From Acutalibacteraceae bacterium (lineage in GTDB: Bacteria > Bacillota > Clostridia > Oscillospirales > Acutalibacteraceae), in assembly GCA_045586405.1 (NCBI GenBank), contig JAZNAG010000104.1, positions 716-64,715 on the forward strand: a stretch of 64,000 nt of DNA. Reading direction: 5' to 3'. Position 1 is the stretch's first letter, and the number at the start of each line of letters is the position of its first letter. The notes beneath the pieces were generated by a model that ran no database searches, had not been told where the DNA came from, and saw nothing but the letters and a program-made list of their open reading frames with translations. The position numbers were made by a program, and so were the translations under genes. Positions 1 through 10,445 of the stretch are shown piece by piece.

Positions 1-767
1 GTTACATCCTTGCCCTTAACAACAGCAACAAGGATAGTGGTAGAACCGGTAGGAACAGGAACACGCTGTGCAGAACCGATGAGTTTGCCGTTGAGTTCAG
101 GAATAACAAGACCGATAGCCTTAGCTGCGCCGGTGCTGTTAGGAACGATGTTGCAAGCAGCGGCACGAGCACGACGAAGGTCACCCTTTCTGTGAGGACC
201 GTCAAGTACCATCTGGTCGCCTGTCCAAGCGTGAACGGTGGTCATGATACCGCTCTGGATAGGAGCATATTTGTTAAGAGTGTCTGCCATAGGAGCAAGA
301 CAGTTGGTGGTGCAGGAAGCCGCAGGGATAATCTTATCATCAGCAGTAAGAGTGTTTTCGTTAACGCTGTAAACAACAGTAGGAAGATCCTTACCTGCGG
401 GAGCAGAAATAACAACCTTCTTAGCACCTGCATCAATATGAGCCTGAGACTTCTCTTTTGAGCAGTAGAAACCGGTACACTCAAGAACAACGTCTACACC
501 GATTTCGCCCCAAGGAAGATCAGCAGCATTCTTTTCAGCATAAATTTTGATAGTCTTACCGTCAACAGTGATGCTGTCTTCACCAGCAACAACGGTATCA
601 GCAAGAGCATATCTACCCTGAGCAGAGTCATACTTCAGAAGATGAGCAAGCATTGCGGGGCTGGTAAGATCGTTGATAGCAACAACTTCATAACCCTCAG
701 CGCCAAACATCTGTCTGAAAGCGAGACGGCCGATACGGCCAAAACCATTAATAGCAACTTTAACCAT
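1..767 (-). CDS. gap: Glyceraldehyde-3-phosphate dehydrogenase, type I. The N-terminal ~255 aa are present; the 3' end runs off the window.
   Basis: Not in the ORF track because no stop lies in the window. The reverse translation from the ATG at 765-767 reads [19 protein letters not shown]...[11 protein letters not shown]...[12 protein letters not shown], which covers the Rossmann GxGxxG and the catalytic SCTTNC motif. GGAGG RBS at 776-780. Confidence 0.9.
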   Translation of the reverse strand, partial: MVKVAINGFGRIGRLAFRQMFGAEGYEVVAINDLTSPAMLAHLLKYDSAQGRYALADTVVAGEDSITVDGKTIKIYAEKNAADLPWGEIGVDVVLECTGFYCSKEKSQAHIDAGAKKVVISAPAGKDLPTVVYSVNENTLTADDKIIPAASCTTNCLAPMADTLNKYAPIQSGIMTTVHAWTGDQMVLDGPHRKGDLRRARAAACNIVPNSTGAAKAIGLVIPELNGKLIGSAQRVPVPTGSTTILVAVVKGKDV

Positions 768-925
768 TGGAAAAACCTCCTAAAAATATTACAAGTTTTT
801 GCTTTTATTATTTTATCCTAAAACGCGGTATTTTTCAAGACTTTTTTGTTATTTTTTTGTCATTCCTTACATTTTGGAAAATAATACAATAAAACAGCAT
901 AATTTACACAAGTTTTTGTAAATTA

Positions 926-2500
926 TTATCTAATAGAATTTATTAGGCTTTCGGCACACATAAGTCCGTCTACCGCAGCTGAAACAATTCCTCCCGCATA
1001 TCCTGCACCTTCTCCGCAAGGAAAAAGGCCTTTAATACTAACCGACTGATAATCGACGTCTCTGATTATTCTGACAGGTGATGAGCTTCGTGTTTCGGGC
1101 GCAGAAAGTATAGCATGCTTATCGGCAAAACCCGAAAGCTTATTATCAAGCAGCGGTAACGCATCTTTTAATGCGGTTGTTATAAAGTCGGGAAAAATAT
1201 CGTTCATATTTGCAAATACAGTGTCAGGCTTTACCGTAGGCTTAACCTTACCTATCTTGGCGGTTTCACCATAAAGAAATTCCCATACAGTAGTAATTGG
1301 CACCTTGCCATTACCTATCTTATACGCATTTCGTTCAATATTTTGCTGAAGACGGCAACCCTCAAGAACATCATCACCAGATAAATCTTCAGGTGTAACA
1401 TTTACCAGTAATGCGCTATTGGCATTTTTGCCGTCTCTCTGACTGTTACTCATACCGTTTACCGTAACAGAGTTTTCTTCGCTTGTAGCGTTAACAACAT
1501 ATCCACCCGGACACATACAAAATGTATAAACCGATCTGCCGGCAGGCAAATGAACAGCAAGCTTATATGGCGCGGCGCCCAAATATTCACTGTCAAAAAG
1601 TTCACCGTAAAGCGATTTATTTATATCTTCTTGCAGATGTTCAATTCTAACCCCCATAGCAAAAGGCTTTCTTTCCATAGACACTTTATTGTCATAAAGA
1701 AGTTTAAACACATCACGTGCAGAATGTCCGGTAGCTAAAATAACGGCTTTTGTGGATATTTCTTTACCATTTTCAAGTATTACCGAGTTTAGTTCTCCGT
1801 CTTTTAAACCAAGAGCCGTCATTTTTGAATTAAAGAAAATTTCGCCCCCAAGGCTGATAATTTCATTTCTGATATTTTTAACAATCTTAACTAAAATATC
1901 GGTACCAATATGGGGCTTTGCTTCATAAAGAATATTATCGGGTGCACCAAACTCATTAAAGGTTTCAATAACCGTTGCACAACGTTTATTTTTAATGCCT
2001 GTAGTCAACTTACCGTCAGAGAATGTGCCTGCACCCCCCTCTCCGAACTGTATGTTTGACTGAGTATCCAATTTGCCACCACTAAAAAATTCTTCAACCT
2101 TTTTAACTCTTTGTTCAACACAGTCGCCGCGTTCAAAAACAATAGGTTTTAATCCCGAACGTGCAAGAAGCAGCGCGGCAAACATTCCTGCAGGACCAAA
2201 GCCTACAACAACAGGTCTGAATTCACATCTAGAGCCCTGCAACCAATTATACTTTTCCTCTTTAAACAAAGAGGCGTTTTTATGCTTTTTAAGTACAAAT
2301 TTTTCACATTTATCATTTAACTGTACCTTAAATGAACAGCAAAAACAAATCTGATCTTTCTTTCTGGCATCGATAGATTTTTTATGAAGCTTTGCACTTA
2401 AAATTTCATTGGATGCAACCCTTAAAACAGGACTGAGAATAGCAGGAATATTATCAAAAGAGGTGTCTATAGGTAAATTTACGTTATTTAACAGTATCAT
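926..2500 (-). CDS. FAD-dependent oxidoreductase (COG2509-like uncharacterised flavoprotein)
   Basis: The 551-aa track ORF is trimmed to the internal start MILLNNVNLPID, because the upstream gene's stop lies at 2484. Dinucleotide-binding motif VVVGFGPAGMFAALLLA. C-terminal CGEGAGYAGGI motif typical of this family. Confidence 0.7.
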   Translation of the reverse strand: MILLNNVNLPIDTSFDNIPAILSPVLRVASNEILSAKLHKKSIDARKKDQICFCCSFKVQLNDKCEKFVLKKHKNASLFKEEKYNWLQGSRCEFRPVVVGFGPAGMFAALLLARSGLKPIVFERGDCVEQRVKKVEEFFSGGKLDTQSNIQFGEGGAGTFSDGKLTTGIKNKRCATVIETFNEFGAPDNILYEAKPHIGTDILVKIVKNIRNEIISLGGEIFFNSKMTALGLKDGELNSVILENGKEISTKAVILATGHSARDVFKLLYDNKVSMERKPFAMGVRIEHLQEDINKSLYGELFDSEYLGAAPYKLAVHLPAGRSVYTFCMCPGGYVVNATSEENSVTVNGMSNSQRDGKNANSALLVNVTPEDLSGDDVLEGCRLQQNIERNAYKIGNGKVPITTVWEFLYGETAKIGKVKPTVKPDTVFANMNDIFPDFITTALKDALPLLDNKLSGFADKHAILSAPETRSSSPVRIIRDVDYQSVSIKGLFPCGEGAGYAGGIVSAAVDGLMCAESLINSIR

Positions 2501-3716
2501 TACATATCCCCTCTGCCGCCGCAGCAGCGCTGGACCAAGCCCACTGAAGATTATAGCCACCACAGTCACCGTCGATATCAAGTATTTCGCCTATTGCATA
2601 AATACCTTTACACTTAAGCGACTCCATAGTTTGACAATTAAACTCCTCAGTTCTTATTCCGCCTGCCGTTACCTGTGCATTGTCAAAACCGTTATTTCCG
2701 CAAACTTCGATCTCAAAACCAACAATATTATCAGAAAGTACGCTAATCTGTTTATCAGAAATATTGCTAATATTCTCCTGTAAAGAAACACCTGCAATTT
2801 TCAGCAAGATATGGCCAATCATTTTTGGAAAAATTCCCGTAAAAAAGTACTCGGCGTTTCTGTTTGATAACACGCTTTTTCTATTTACCAGAAGTTCTTT
2901 CACCTGAGCATAATTTTTATCGCACATAAGGTTAATTTTAACCTTTGCATCATCAAAAGTTGTAAAGCAACGGGAAATCTGTAAAACAGGAGGACCTGAA
3001 ATACCATATTTAGTAAACAGCAACTCCCCTATTTCACTGCGAAGCTTTTTACCGTTTTTAAAAGCCGAAACCTCACAGTCAAGCTTTATTCCCGTAAGTG
3101 CTTTAATTTTAGTCAAATCGGTTTTAAGCTGCACAAGTGATGGATTTATCTTAGTAGAACTATGGCCTAATTCAGTAAGCAGTTTGTAAGGCGTATTATA
3201 GGAAATAAGTGACTTACCACCTGCAACTGAGCCGACTGCAACTATTACTTTTTTTGCTACATACTGATTACTTTTAGTGGAAATTTTATACTCATTTCCC
3301 ACTTTACTGATATCTTCAGTCGCTTCACCGAAAAATGTTTCCACACCCAATTCTTCGACTGTAAGGCGCAACGCATCAACTACTGCAGAGGCCTGTAAAC
3401 TGTATGGATACATCTTTCCGTTTTCGCCGTCAATTAAAGGAATGCCAAGACTATCGAAAAACTCTTCAGTAAAATCAGCACCGTATTTTTTAAGCGCAAA
3501 TTCGCAAAATTCTACATTTTCGCCGTGATACGATGAAACCGCAATATAGCGATTAGTTATATTACAGCGTCCGTTACCCGTAGTAAGCAGTTTTTTGCCT
3601 ACTCGGTTTTGGGCTTCTATTATTGCAACATTATAATCAGGCTTTTTTCTTTTTATTAAAATAGCTGCGCACAAGCCCGAGGCGCCGCCGCCAATAATCA
3701 AAACATCATATTTCAT
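2484..3716 (-). CDS. HI0933/BaiN-like FAD flavoprotein (aminoacetone-oxidase family)
   Basis: MKYDVLIIGGGASGLCAA Rossmann start with a GGGGGTG RBS upstream of the ATG at 3716. C-terminal GGYNLQWAWSSG-like motif typical of the HI0933 family. Confidence 0.75.
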   Translation of the reverse strand: MKYDVLIIGGGASGLCAAILIKRKKPDYNVAIIEAQNRVGKKLLTTGNGRCNITNRYIAVSSYHGENVEFCEFALKKYGADFTEEFFDSLGIPLIDGENGKMYPYSLQASAVVDALRLTVEELGVETFFGEATEDISKVGNEYKISTKSNQYVAKKVIVAVGSVAGGKSLISYNTPYKLLTELGHSSTKINPSLVQLKTDLTKIKALTGIKLDCEVSAFKNGKKLRSEIGELLFTKYGISGPPVLQISRCFTTFDDAKVKINLMCDKNYAQVKELLVNRKSVLSNRNAEYFFTGIFPKMIGHILLKIAGVSLQENISNISDKQISVLSDNIVGFEIEVCGNNGFDNAQVTAGGIRTEEFNCQTMESLKCKGIYAIGEILDIDGDCGGYNLQWAWSSAAAAAEGICNDTVK

Positions 3717-3728
3717 ACAGCACACCCC

Positions 3729-5261
3729 CTATTCTTCGTTGCCCCAATATTTTCTGTCAAGGCTTCTGAACTGAATAGCCTGTGCTATATGTTCAATATG
3801 TATTATTTCGTCATTACTAAGGTCGGCAATGGTTCTGGCAACCTTTAGTATTCTGTCATAAGCACGTGCCGACATACCAAGATTATCGAATGCACGCTGA
3901 AGCACAACCGATGCATCATCACTCATAACACAGTATTTTTTAAGAAGTGCAGGAGTAAGCCGAGCATTACAAGTAATATCGGTACCCTTATATCGTTCGT
4001 TCTGTATTTTTCTTGCCGCATTTATGCGATCTCTTATAACCGCTGAACTTTCTTCTTGAACCTTTGAGTTCAGTGCATCAAAATCAACGGGAGGCACTTC
4101 AATATGAAGGTCCATACGATCAAGCATAGGACCAGAAATTTTATTAAGATATTTACGCACTGCATTTGGTGAACAGGTGCATTCTCTGGTAGGATGTCCG
4201 AAAAATCCGCAAGGGCAAGGATTCATAGCCGCAACAAGCATTATTGAGCTTGGATATGTAAGACTACCTGAAACACGAGAAATTGTAACTTTGCCGTCTT
4301 CAAGTGGCTGACGAAGTCCTTCCATAGTTGACCGTGAAAATTCAGGCAATTCGTCTAAAAACAGTACACCGTTATGTGCAAGAGATATTTCACCTGGACG
4401 CGGAACTGTACCGCCACCGGTTAAACCAAATGCAGAAATAGAATGATGTGGCGAACGAAAAGGTCTTTGTTTAATCAATGGTTTTTTATTATCAAGAACA
4501 CCTGCTATTGAGTGGATTTTTGTGGTTTCAATGGACTCTTCAAAGGTCATTTCAGGCAAAATAGTAGGTATACGCTTGGCAAGCATACTTTTACCGGATC
4601 CCGGAGGGCCAATAAACAGCAAATTATGACCGCCGGCTGCTGCAATTTCTACTGCCCGTTTAGCCTGTGACTGACCTCTTACATCAGCGAAATCTATGGG
4701 ATATACGTGATTTTCTCTAAAACTTTCATCCGGCTCTTCAGATAGTAGTTTTTTTACATCGTTTAAATGTAAAAGCACATCCCTTAATGCAGTCGCGCCC
4801 AAAACATTCACGCCTGAAATAACCGATGCTTCTTTAGCGTTTTCTTTTGGTAAAAATATATCATGATAATCCTCATCATGTGCAGTTATAGCCATAGCTA
4901 ATGCACCTGTTACCGAACGCAAATGACCGTCAAGTGATAGTTCGCCTATAAATACCTTGTTACTTACGTCAACTTTTATTTGTCCCGAAGCAAGTAAAAG
5001 AGCAATAGTTATGGGTAAATCATAATGAGAGCCACCTTTTTTAAGGTCTGCAGGAGCAAGATTAACCGTTATTCTGCCATTTGGAAAATTAAATCCGCAA
5101 TTTTTAATAGCCGAACGAACCCTATCCCTTGCTTCTTTAACAGAAGCGTCCGGCAAACCGACAATATCAAAGGAAGGCAAACCTTTAGAAACATCTGCCT
5201 CTACCTCTACAATATATGAGTTCATACCGAAAAGACCAACACTGCTGACTTTTGAAAACAT
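3729..5261 (-). CDS. YifB/ComM family Mg-chelatase-like AAA+ ATPase
   Basis: MFSKVSSVGLFGMNSYIVEVEADV N-terminus. Walker A GPPGSGKS, Walker B VLFLDE, and a C-terminal Mg-chelatase-like region. The start was moved to the ATG at 5261, because the track ORF begins at a TTG with no RBS. Confidence 0.85.
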   Translation of the reverse strand: MFSKVSSVGLFGMNSYIVEVEADVSKGLPSFDIVGLPDASVKEARDRVRSAIKNCGFNFPNGRITVNLAPADLKKGGSHYDLPITIALLLASGQIKVDVSNKVFIGELSLDGHLRSVTGALAMAITAHDEDYHDIFLPKENAKEASVISGVNVLGATALRDVLLHLNDVKKLLSEEPDESFRENHVYPIDFADVRGQSQAKRAVEIAAAGGHNLLFIGPPGSGKSMLAKRIPTILPEMTFEESIETTKIHSIAGVLDNKKPLIKQRPFRSPHHSISAFGLTGGGTVPRPGEISLAHNGVLFLDELPEFSRSTMEGLRQPLEDGKVTISRVSGSLTYPSSIMLVAAMNPCPCGFFGHPTRECTCSPNAVRKYLNKISGPMLDRMDLHIEVPPVDFDALNSKVQEESSAVIRDRINAARKIQNERYKGTDITCNARLTPALLKKYCVMSDDASVVLQRAFDNLGMSARAYDRILKVARTIADLSNDEIIHIEHIAQAIQFRSLDRKYWGNEE

Positions 5262-5407
5262 CTTCTCACCTTTAAAAACTTTATTGAATTTATTATACAA
5301 CAACTGTTAAAAAAGAGCAACAGATTTAATATCAATTAGTTTAACTAAAACTCCTCTTGACAAACAAAACCATAAAAACTATAATACTTAATGTTCATAT
5401 AAAATTT

Positions 5408-5496
5408 GGAGACGTATCGAAGTGGTCATAACGGACATGACTCGAAATCATGATGCCCCTTGAGGGACGTGGGTTCGAATCCCACCGTCTCCGCCA
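5408..5496 (+). tRNA. tRNA-Ser (anticodon CGA), encoded CCA
   Basis: Acceptor ggagacg/cgtctcc. Anticodon stem catga/tcatg with loop ctCGAaa. Long variable arm, GGTTCGAATCC T-loop, and terminal gCCA. Confidence 0.9.
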
Positions 5497-5498
5497 AA

Positions 5499-5540
5499 AT
5501 CGACAAGTTTCGACAGAAGCTTGTCGATTTTACTTTTTTT
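5499..5540 (+). terminator. Intrinsic terminator after tRNA-Ser
   Basis: 10-bp stem aatcgacaag/cttgtcgatt followed by a T-run. Confidence 0.7.
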
Positions 5541-5622
5541 ACCTCTTTACTCTTCATGTTTCACTATTCTCTTAAAAGCCGATTTGGAATAAGCAATAGT
5601 ATAAATTGTAAGTTTTTGTCGC

Positions 5623-5651
5623 TTGACAACATTCTATATTGACAATATAAT
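5623..5651 (+). promoter_or_regulatory. Sigma-A type promoter for the SH3/glucosaminidase gene
   Basis: TTGACA (5623-5628), 17-nt spacer, TATAAT (5646-5651). It lies ~40 nt upstream of the RBS GAAAGGAAG. Confidence 0.6.
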
Positions 5652-5690
5652 TGATTATGTACTTTTGTTTTTTGAAAGGAAGAATATTCT

Positions 5691-7634
5691 TTGGTTAATT
5701 TAAAAAAAATATGTAGCATTATACTGTCTACTTTGTTACTAAGCTGTTGCATTTTATCGATGCATGCTTCTGCACAAACCACTACAAAAAGAGGATTTAT
5801 AAATACTGCTGACGTTCGTCTTCGTGAAGCTGCAACCACCAAATCACAAGTGATTGATATGCTTTCTTACGTCCCTGTTACTATCACTTCAACAACAACT
5901 GGACAAGAAGTTTTTACCGGGAATAATATTTGGTATCAAGTTACATATAACGGAGTTTCCGGCTATGTTTACAGTGAATATGTTAGTCCGATAATGGAAA
6001 TAAACTATGATGACGATTTTGAAGCAAATCTCAATAATTTCCCCCAAAGTTATCATCCATATCTTCGCGAACTACACGAAAAGTACCCAAACTGGAAATT
6101 TATAGCACACAATCTTCCCATATCATTTAAAGATGCTGTTGAGACACAGTACTGTGTTTCGTCAGTTTCAGAAACCATCAAATGGGTAGAATTTAACTAT
6201 GGTGGCAACGAATGGCGTGATATGCGAGGATATGATGAATCGACTGACAGCTGGGCAACGCGTGAAACTCGTTGGACATATGCTTCACGCCCTGCTATAG
6301 AATATTTTATGGATCCTCGTAATTCACTAAATGAAAATAACATTTTCGTTTTTATGCAACAGTCTTACGATTCTGAATCGCAGACTATAGATGCCCTTCG
6401 TTCTGTAGTTGCCAATACTTTTCTCGCTTACGGTTATGACAAAAATTCAGATGGAATTGTTGAAGCTGATGCATATCTCGACGATATTATAACTGCTGCA
6501 TCACAAAGCGGAGTAAGTCCTTTTGTTCTTGCTACAACAATTATTGTAGAGCAAGGTGCAGGCGGCGATACAAATATGGTTTCGGGCACATACCCCGGAT
6601 ACACCAATTACTATAATTTCTTTAACTTTAAAGCTTATGGCGACACCACTGCAGAAATCACAGCATCTGCGTTAAACTACGCTGTTAAAGAAGGATGGAA
6701 TTCACGTGAGGCAGCTATAGTAGGCGGTGCTAAAAAATATTCTGACGGCTATATTAACATTGGACAAGATACTTTTTATTATAAAGATTTCAATGTTATT
6801 AATCAAAGATGGAACCATCAGTATGCAATGGCGCTGTATGATGCTTGGACGAATGCATCATATTTAAAGAAGGGCTGTCTTTTAAACCCATCTGCCAGTT
6901 TTGTTTTTGAAATACCTGTTTACACAGATATGCCCACAACTGCTTGTAAAAAGCCGGTTTCTAACGGTTGGCGGTTGATTGACGGATACTGGTATTATTA
7001 TTCACAAGGCAACGCTATTGACGGATGGATATATTACAACAATGAATGGTACTATCTCAACCCCAATAATTATAATATAATGGCTACCGATTGGGCATAT
7101 ATTAACGACAACTGGTACTTCTTCAACAACAACGGTGTAATGCTTACCGGTTGGCAACAAATAGAAGGCACATGGTATTTCTTTAAAGAAAACGGTGCAA
7201 TGCACACCGGCTGGATTGATCTCAATGGTATTTGGTACTACTTAAATGAAAACGGCGCTATGCACACAGGCTGGGTTTACTATCAAGGCGCATGGTATTA
7301 TTTAAGCGATAGCGGTTCAATGCACACGGGTTGGATTAAGCTTGACGGCACTTGGTACTATATGAACGAAACCGGTGCTATGTATACAGGTTGGGTTTAT
7401 TACGGCGATGCTTGGTACTACTTAAATCAGAATGGTGCTATGCATACCGGTTGGATTAAACTTGATAGTACTTGGTACTTTTTAAATTCAAGCGGTGCTA
7501 TGCATAAAGGTTGGATTATGCTCGATGGTGTCTGGTACTATTTAAACGATGACGGTGCTATGCATACAGGTTGGTTGGACCTTGACGGTACTCGGTATTA
7601 TCTGAACGAAAACGGTGCTCTTCGCACAAATTAG
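5691..7634 (+). CDS. Secreted cell-wall hydrolase: signal peptide, SH3b domain, glucosaminidase (GH73-like) domain and C-terminal choline-type cell-wall-binding repeats
   Basis: TTG start with an RBS. Hydrophobic N-terminus ending ASAQ. SH3b-like segment GFINTADVRLREAATTKS...WYQVTYNGVSGYVYSEYV. Central region with IIVEQG...YYNFFNF...GQDTFYYKDFNV. About 11 copies of GWxxxDGxWYYLNxNGAMHTGW. Confidence 0.8.
   Translation: MVNLKKICSIILSTLLLSCCILSMHASAQTTTKRGFINTADVRLREAATTKSQVIDMLSYVPVTITSTTTGQEVFTGNNIWYQVTYNGVSGYVYSEYVSPIMEINYDDDFEANLNNFPQSYHPYLRELHEKYPNWKFIAHNLPISFKDAVETQYCVSSVSETIKWVEFNYGGNEWRDMRGYDESTDSWATRETRWTYASRPAIEYFMDPRNSLNENNIFVFMQQSYDSESQTIDALRSVVANTFLAYGYDKNSDGIVEADAYLDDIITAASQSGVSPFVLATTIIVEQGAGGDTNMVSGTYPGYTNYYNFFNFKAYGDTTAEITASALNYAVKEGWNSREAAIVGGAKKYSDGYINIGQDTFYYKDFNVINQRWNHQYAMALYDAWTNASYLKKGCLLNPSASFVFEIPVYTDMPTTACKKPVSNGWRLIDGYWYYYSQGNAIDGWIYYNNEWYYLNPNNYNIMATDWAYINDNWYFFNNNGVMLTGWQQIEGTWYFFKENGAMHTGWIDLNGIWYYLNENGAMHTGWVYYQGAWYYLSDSGSMHTGWIKLDGTWYYMNETGAMYTGWVYYGDAWYYLNQNGAMHTGWIKLDSTWYFLNSSGAMHKGWIMLDGVWYYLNDDGAMHTGWLDLDGTRYYLNENGALRTN
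6961..7631 (+). repeat. Tandem ~60-nt coding repeats (CW_binding_1 / choline-binding type)
   Basis: Repeated ggtgctatgcataccggttggatt...tggtactat units. In protein terms this is the 20-aa motif WYY(L/F)NxNGAMHTGW. Confidence 0.85.
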
Positions 7635-7645
7635 TTATTATTTAC

Positions 7646-7679
7646 AAAAAAGCCAAGAGCTTATGCTCTTGGCTTTTTT
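7646..7679. terminator. Bidirectional intrinsic terminator between convergent genes
   Basis: aaaaaagccaagagc-ttat-gctcttggctttttt. The stem is flanked by an A-run and a T-run. Confidence 0.75.
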
Positions 7680-8475
7680 ATGCTTTTAAAATTTTGATTA
7701 TTTCGCCGCAGTCATTCAGGACGATATCGGGCTTGTCTTCGCTTTCGACAAGGATCTTTTCATCGGTTTCTCCGCTCATAACAAGAATACTTAAAGCACC
7801 GCTGTTTATTCCGCTTTTTATATCGGTATAAATTCTGTCGCCTATTACTGCAGTATTTTCTTTAGGAATACCGGTCATTTTCATAGCCATTTCAGGCATT
7901 ATGGGTTCCGGTTTACCAATAAGCATAGGTCTTCTTCTTGTGCAATTATAAATCATATCGCAAAAGCTTCCACAGTCAGGCACACTACCGAATTCGGTAG
8001 GACAAACATAATCAAGATTTGTGGCAATATATTTAATATTTTCTTTTGTAAGAAGGATTTTGCATACGTCGTGAAGTTTTTTAAAGGTAAGCTCGGTATC
8101 ATTGCCCATAACTATCATTGTAGTTTCGTCGATGTCCTCAGTTAGATAAAAGCCATCATTTAAAAGTTCTTTTTTAAGAGAATTAGTGCCGCAAACGTAA
8201 ATTTTTTCATTACTAAAGTTATTTTTAATAAAGTAAGACGTTGCCTGAGATGAAGTAATAAAATCATCATACTCGGCCTTTATTCCATGTTTATCAAGTT
8301 TTATAATATAATCGGCTACACTTTTCGACGAATTATTAGTCATAAACATATATCTTCCGCCGTTCTCCTTGATTACCGATAAAAGCTCCTTTGTGAAGTC
8401 AAACAAGTTATTGCCAAGATATAACGTTCCGTCCATATCAAAAAGAAACAGTTTCACATTTTTTATTCTGTTCAT
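7678..8475 (-). CDS. HAD-IIA family hydrolase (NagD/sugar-phosphatase-like)
   Basis: LFLFDMDGTLYLG motif I, TNNSS motif II, and GDRIYTDI motif IV. Confidence 0.8.
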   Translation of the reverse strand: MNRIKNVKLFLFDMDGTLYLGNNLFDFTKELLSVIKENGGRYMFMTNNSSKSVADYIIKLDKHGIKAEYDDFITSSQATSYFIKNNFSNEKIYVCGTNSLKKELLNDGFYLTEDIDETTMIVMGNDTELTFKKLHDVCKILLTKENIKYIATNLDYVCPTEFGSVPDCGSFCDMIYNCTRRRPMLIGKPEPIMPEMAMKMTGIPKENTAVIGDRIYTDIKSGINSGALSILVMSGETDEKILVESEDKPDIVLNDCGEIIKILKA

Positions 8476-9343
8476 TATCTAACTCCTCATAAATTTTTTC
8501 AGCAATTCTTCCTATATATTCCGCTTCACATTCACCTATTTTCAGTTTGCTCTGCTTAGGCAAACCCCAAACATCGAAAATACGCGGGCCTAACCAACAG
8601 TGATATGCCGTATTTTCAAAAATGCCAAAAATAGCAGAAAGACAAGCTTTTTTGGGCTTCATAAATATAACCTTCATCGGATATTTAATTAACGCAAAAA
8701 TAAGTTTTGGATAGTGATTAGTAATACCTGTGAAGGTTATTCCGGGATGAACAATAGAAAGCCCATCATAGTTTTCATTCTTAAAAAGTTCAAAAAGAGA
8801 AAACATTAAATATCTTTTAGCATTACCATAAACAAGACTTGATTTTTTACGTGTTCTGAAATCAATATCATGTGCATCACTTTTACTGTATCTATGGGCT
8901 ATGCTTCCCGTAACAACAAATTTGCCGTTTTTAACCCGTAACAAAGACAGCAACCATTTTATCAGATAATAAGGCGATATAAAGTTTACCGTAAAAACAT
9001 TATCGTAGCCGATATCTGTTATATATCTTGGTATATGATAAGCACCCGCATTATGTATAAAAATATCGATATCAAGCTTTATAAGTTCTTCTGCCGCCGA
9101 TTTTACCGAAGAAAAATTGCTAAGGTCAGCATATACAAAATAAATCTCAGCATTACTAAATTCGCATTTTAAAGATTCAATTTGTTTTAAGGTTTTTTCC
9201 GCATTTCGATTTACACAAACAAGGGTAGCGTTAAGAGTGAGCAAATATTTACACAACTGCTCCCCTATTCCTCCTGTTGTTCCCGTAACCGCAACAACTT
9301 TACCATCAAGATTATCGGTATTTTTTAATAGATACTTATTCAT
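8438..9343 (-). CDS. SDR family oxidoreductase
   Basis: VVAVTGTTGGIGEQL cofactor motif, NAG motif (IHNAGAY), and YGNAK catalytic Yxxx K. It overlaps the downstream HAD gene by 38 nt. Confidence 0.8.
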   Translation of the reverse strand: MNKYLLKNTDNLDGKVVAVTGTTGGIGEQLCKYLLTLNATLVCVNRNAEKTLKQIESLKCEFSNAEIYFVYADLSNFSSVKSAAEELIKLDIDIFIHNAGAYHIPRYITDIGYDNVFTVNFISPYYLIKWLLSLLRVKNGKFVVTGSIAHRYSKSDAHDIDFRTRKKSSLVYGNAKRYLMFSLFELFKNENYDGLSIVHPGITFTGITNHYPKLIFALIKYPMKVIFMKPKKACLSAIFGIFENTAYHCWLGPRIFDVWGLPKQSKLKIGECEAEYIGRIAEKIYEELDNEQNKKCETVSF

Positions 9344-9407
9344 AAAACACCACTGTTTTTCACTAAATAAATGGATTTGACTGAAAAAACAGCCAAATCC
9401 TTATAAA

Positions 9408-10391
9408 TTAAAGAAGTTTTGCTCTCAACTGCTCACTGCTCATTGCAGATAAATAAGCGGGGGCAATATCAAATACGGTTTTACAGCCAAAATTGCCCTC
9501 TTTAGACAGTCTATAAACCGCTCTTACATACGCCGTAATAACGCTGGCGGTAAATTCGGGGTTAGAATCAAGCTTTAATGAATATTCGATAATATGCGAA
9601 TTTTCGTTATTAAAGCCTGTTTTACCACTTCTGATAACAAAGCCGCCGTGAGGTATACCGCTATGATTTTTCTGAAGCTCATCTTTACTGATAAAATGAA
9701 CAACAGTATCATAATCGGCAAAGTAATTGGGCATTGTTTTAATTTCGTTTTCAATTCTTAAAAGGTCAGCACCGTCTTCAGCAACCACAAAGCATTCTCT
9801 TAAATGCTTATCTCTGGTAGAAAGATTCGGGTTCTCGCCATTTCTGACAGATGCTAATGCTTCTTCCTTTGGAATAGTGTACTGTCTTGCATCTACAACA
9901 CCGTCAATTCTTCTTATAGCATCGCTATGCCCCTGACTAACGCCCTTGCCCCAGAAAGTATAATCGTTTCCGTCAGGTAAAACTGCTAAGGCGTAAAGAC
10001 GGTTAAGCGAAAACATACCGGGATCCCAACCTGCAGATATAAGCGCAGTTGTATTTGCTTTTTTAGAGGCAACATCAACATTTTCAAAATGCTCAGGTAT
10101 TTTTGCATGGGTATCAAAACTGTCAATAACATTAAAATACTGTGCAAGATATGGTGTCTGCTCAGGCAGATCGGTAGCGCTTCCGCCGCACAGCACCATA
10201 ACATCAATTTTTTCACGCCAACTTAGTACATCGCCTGCACTTACAGCAGGAATACCTTCTGTTTTAAGTTTTAAAGTAGAAGGATCACGGCGGGTAAACA
10301 CAGCAACAAGCTGCATATCATTATTTTTGTTTATTGCGGCTTCTATGCCACGGCCTAAATTGCCGTAACCGAAAATACCAACACGAATCAT
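9408..10391 (-). CDS. ddh: meso-Diaminopimelate D-dehydrogenase
   Basis: MIRVGIFGYGNLGRG N-terminus. SAGWDPGMFS and WGKGVSQGHSDA motifs characteristic of Ddh. Confidence 0.85.
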   Translation of the reverse strand: MIRVGIFGYGNLGRGIEAAINKNNDMQLVAVFTRRDPSTLKLKTEGIPAVSAGDVLSWREKIDVMVLCGGSATDLPEQTPYLAQYFNVIDSFDTHAKIPEHFENVDVASKKANTTALISAGWDPGMFSLNRLYALAVLPDGNDYTFWGKGVSQGHSDAIRRIDGVVDARQYTIPKEEALASVRNGENPNLSTRDKHLRECFVVAEDGADLLRIENEIKTMPNYFADYDTVVHFISKDELQKNHSGIPHGGFVIRSGKTGFNNENSHIIEYSLKLDSNPEFTASVITAYVRAVYRLSKEGNFGCKTVFDIAPAYLSAMSSEQLRAKLL

Positions 10392-10445
10392 TTAAAATAC
10401 TCCTTTGAAATTCAACTACCTGATAATTATAATACACACAAAGTC

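Noticed and set aside
900-925. Palindrome atttaca-N-tgtaaat upstream of gap, as a possible Rex/CggR-type operator
   Set aside because: It is a 7-bp AT-rich inverted repeat that does not match the Rex box TTGTGAA-N6-TTCACAA. It more likely contributes to a weak terminator for the upstream flavoprotein gene.
2501-2581. 5' extensions of track ORFs (926-2581; also 3717-3725, 5262-5303, 33476-33514, 50072-50149, 51659-51691, 52007-52018)
   Set aside because: The extensions overlap the preceding gene or lack an RBS. Internal ATGs with good Shine-Dalgarno boxes and family-typical N-termini were preferred.
6961-7631. Regular ~60-nt periodic repeats that could be mistaken for a CRISPR array (also at 57227-57815)
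   Set aside because: The repeats are in-frame coding units of cell-wall-binding (WYYLxxxGxMxTGW) domains. There is no repeat/spacer alternation, no leader and no cas genes.
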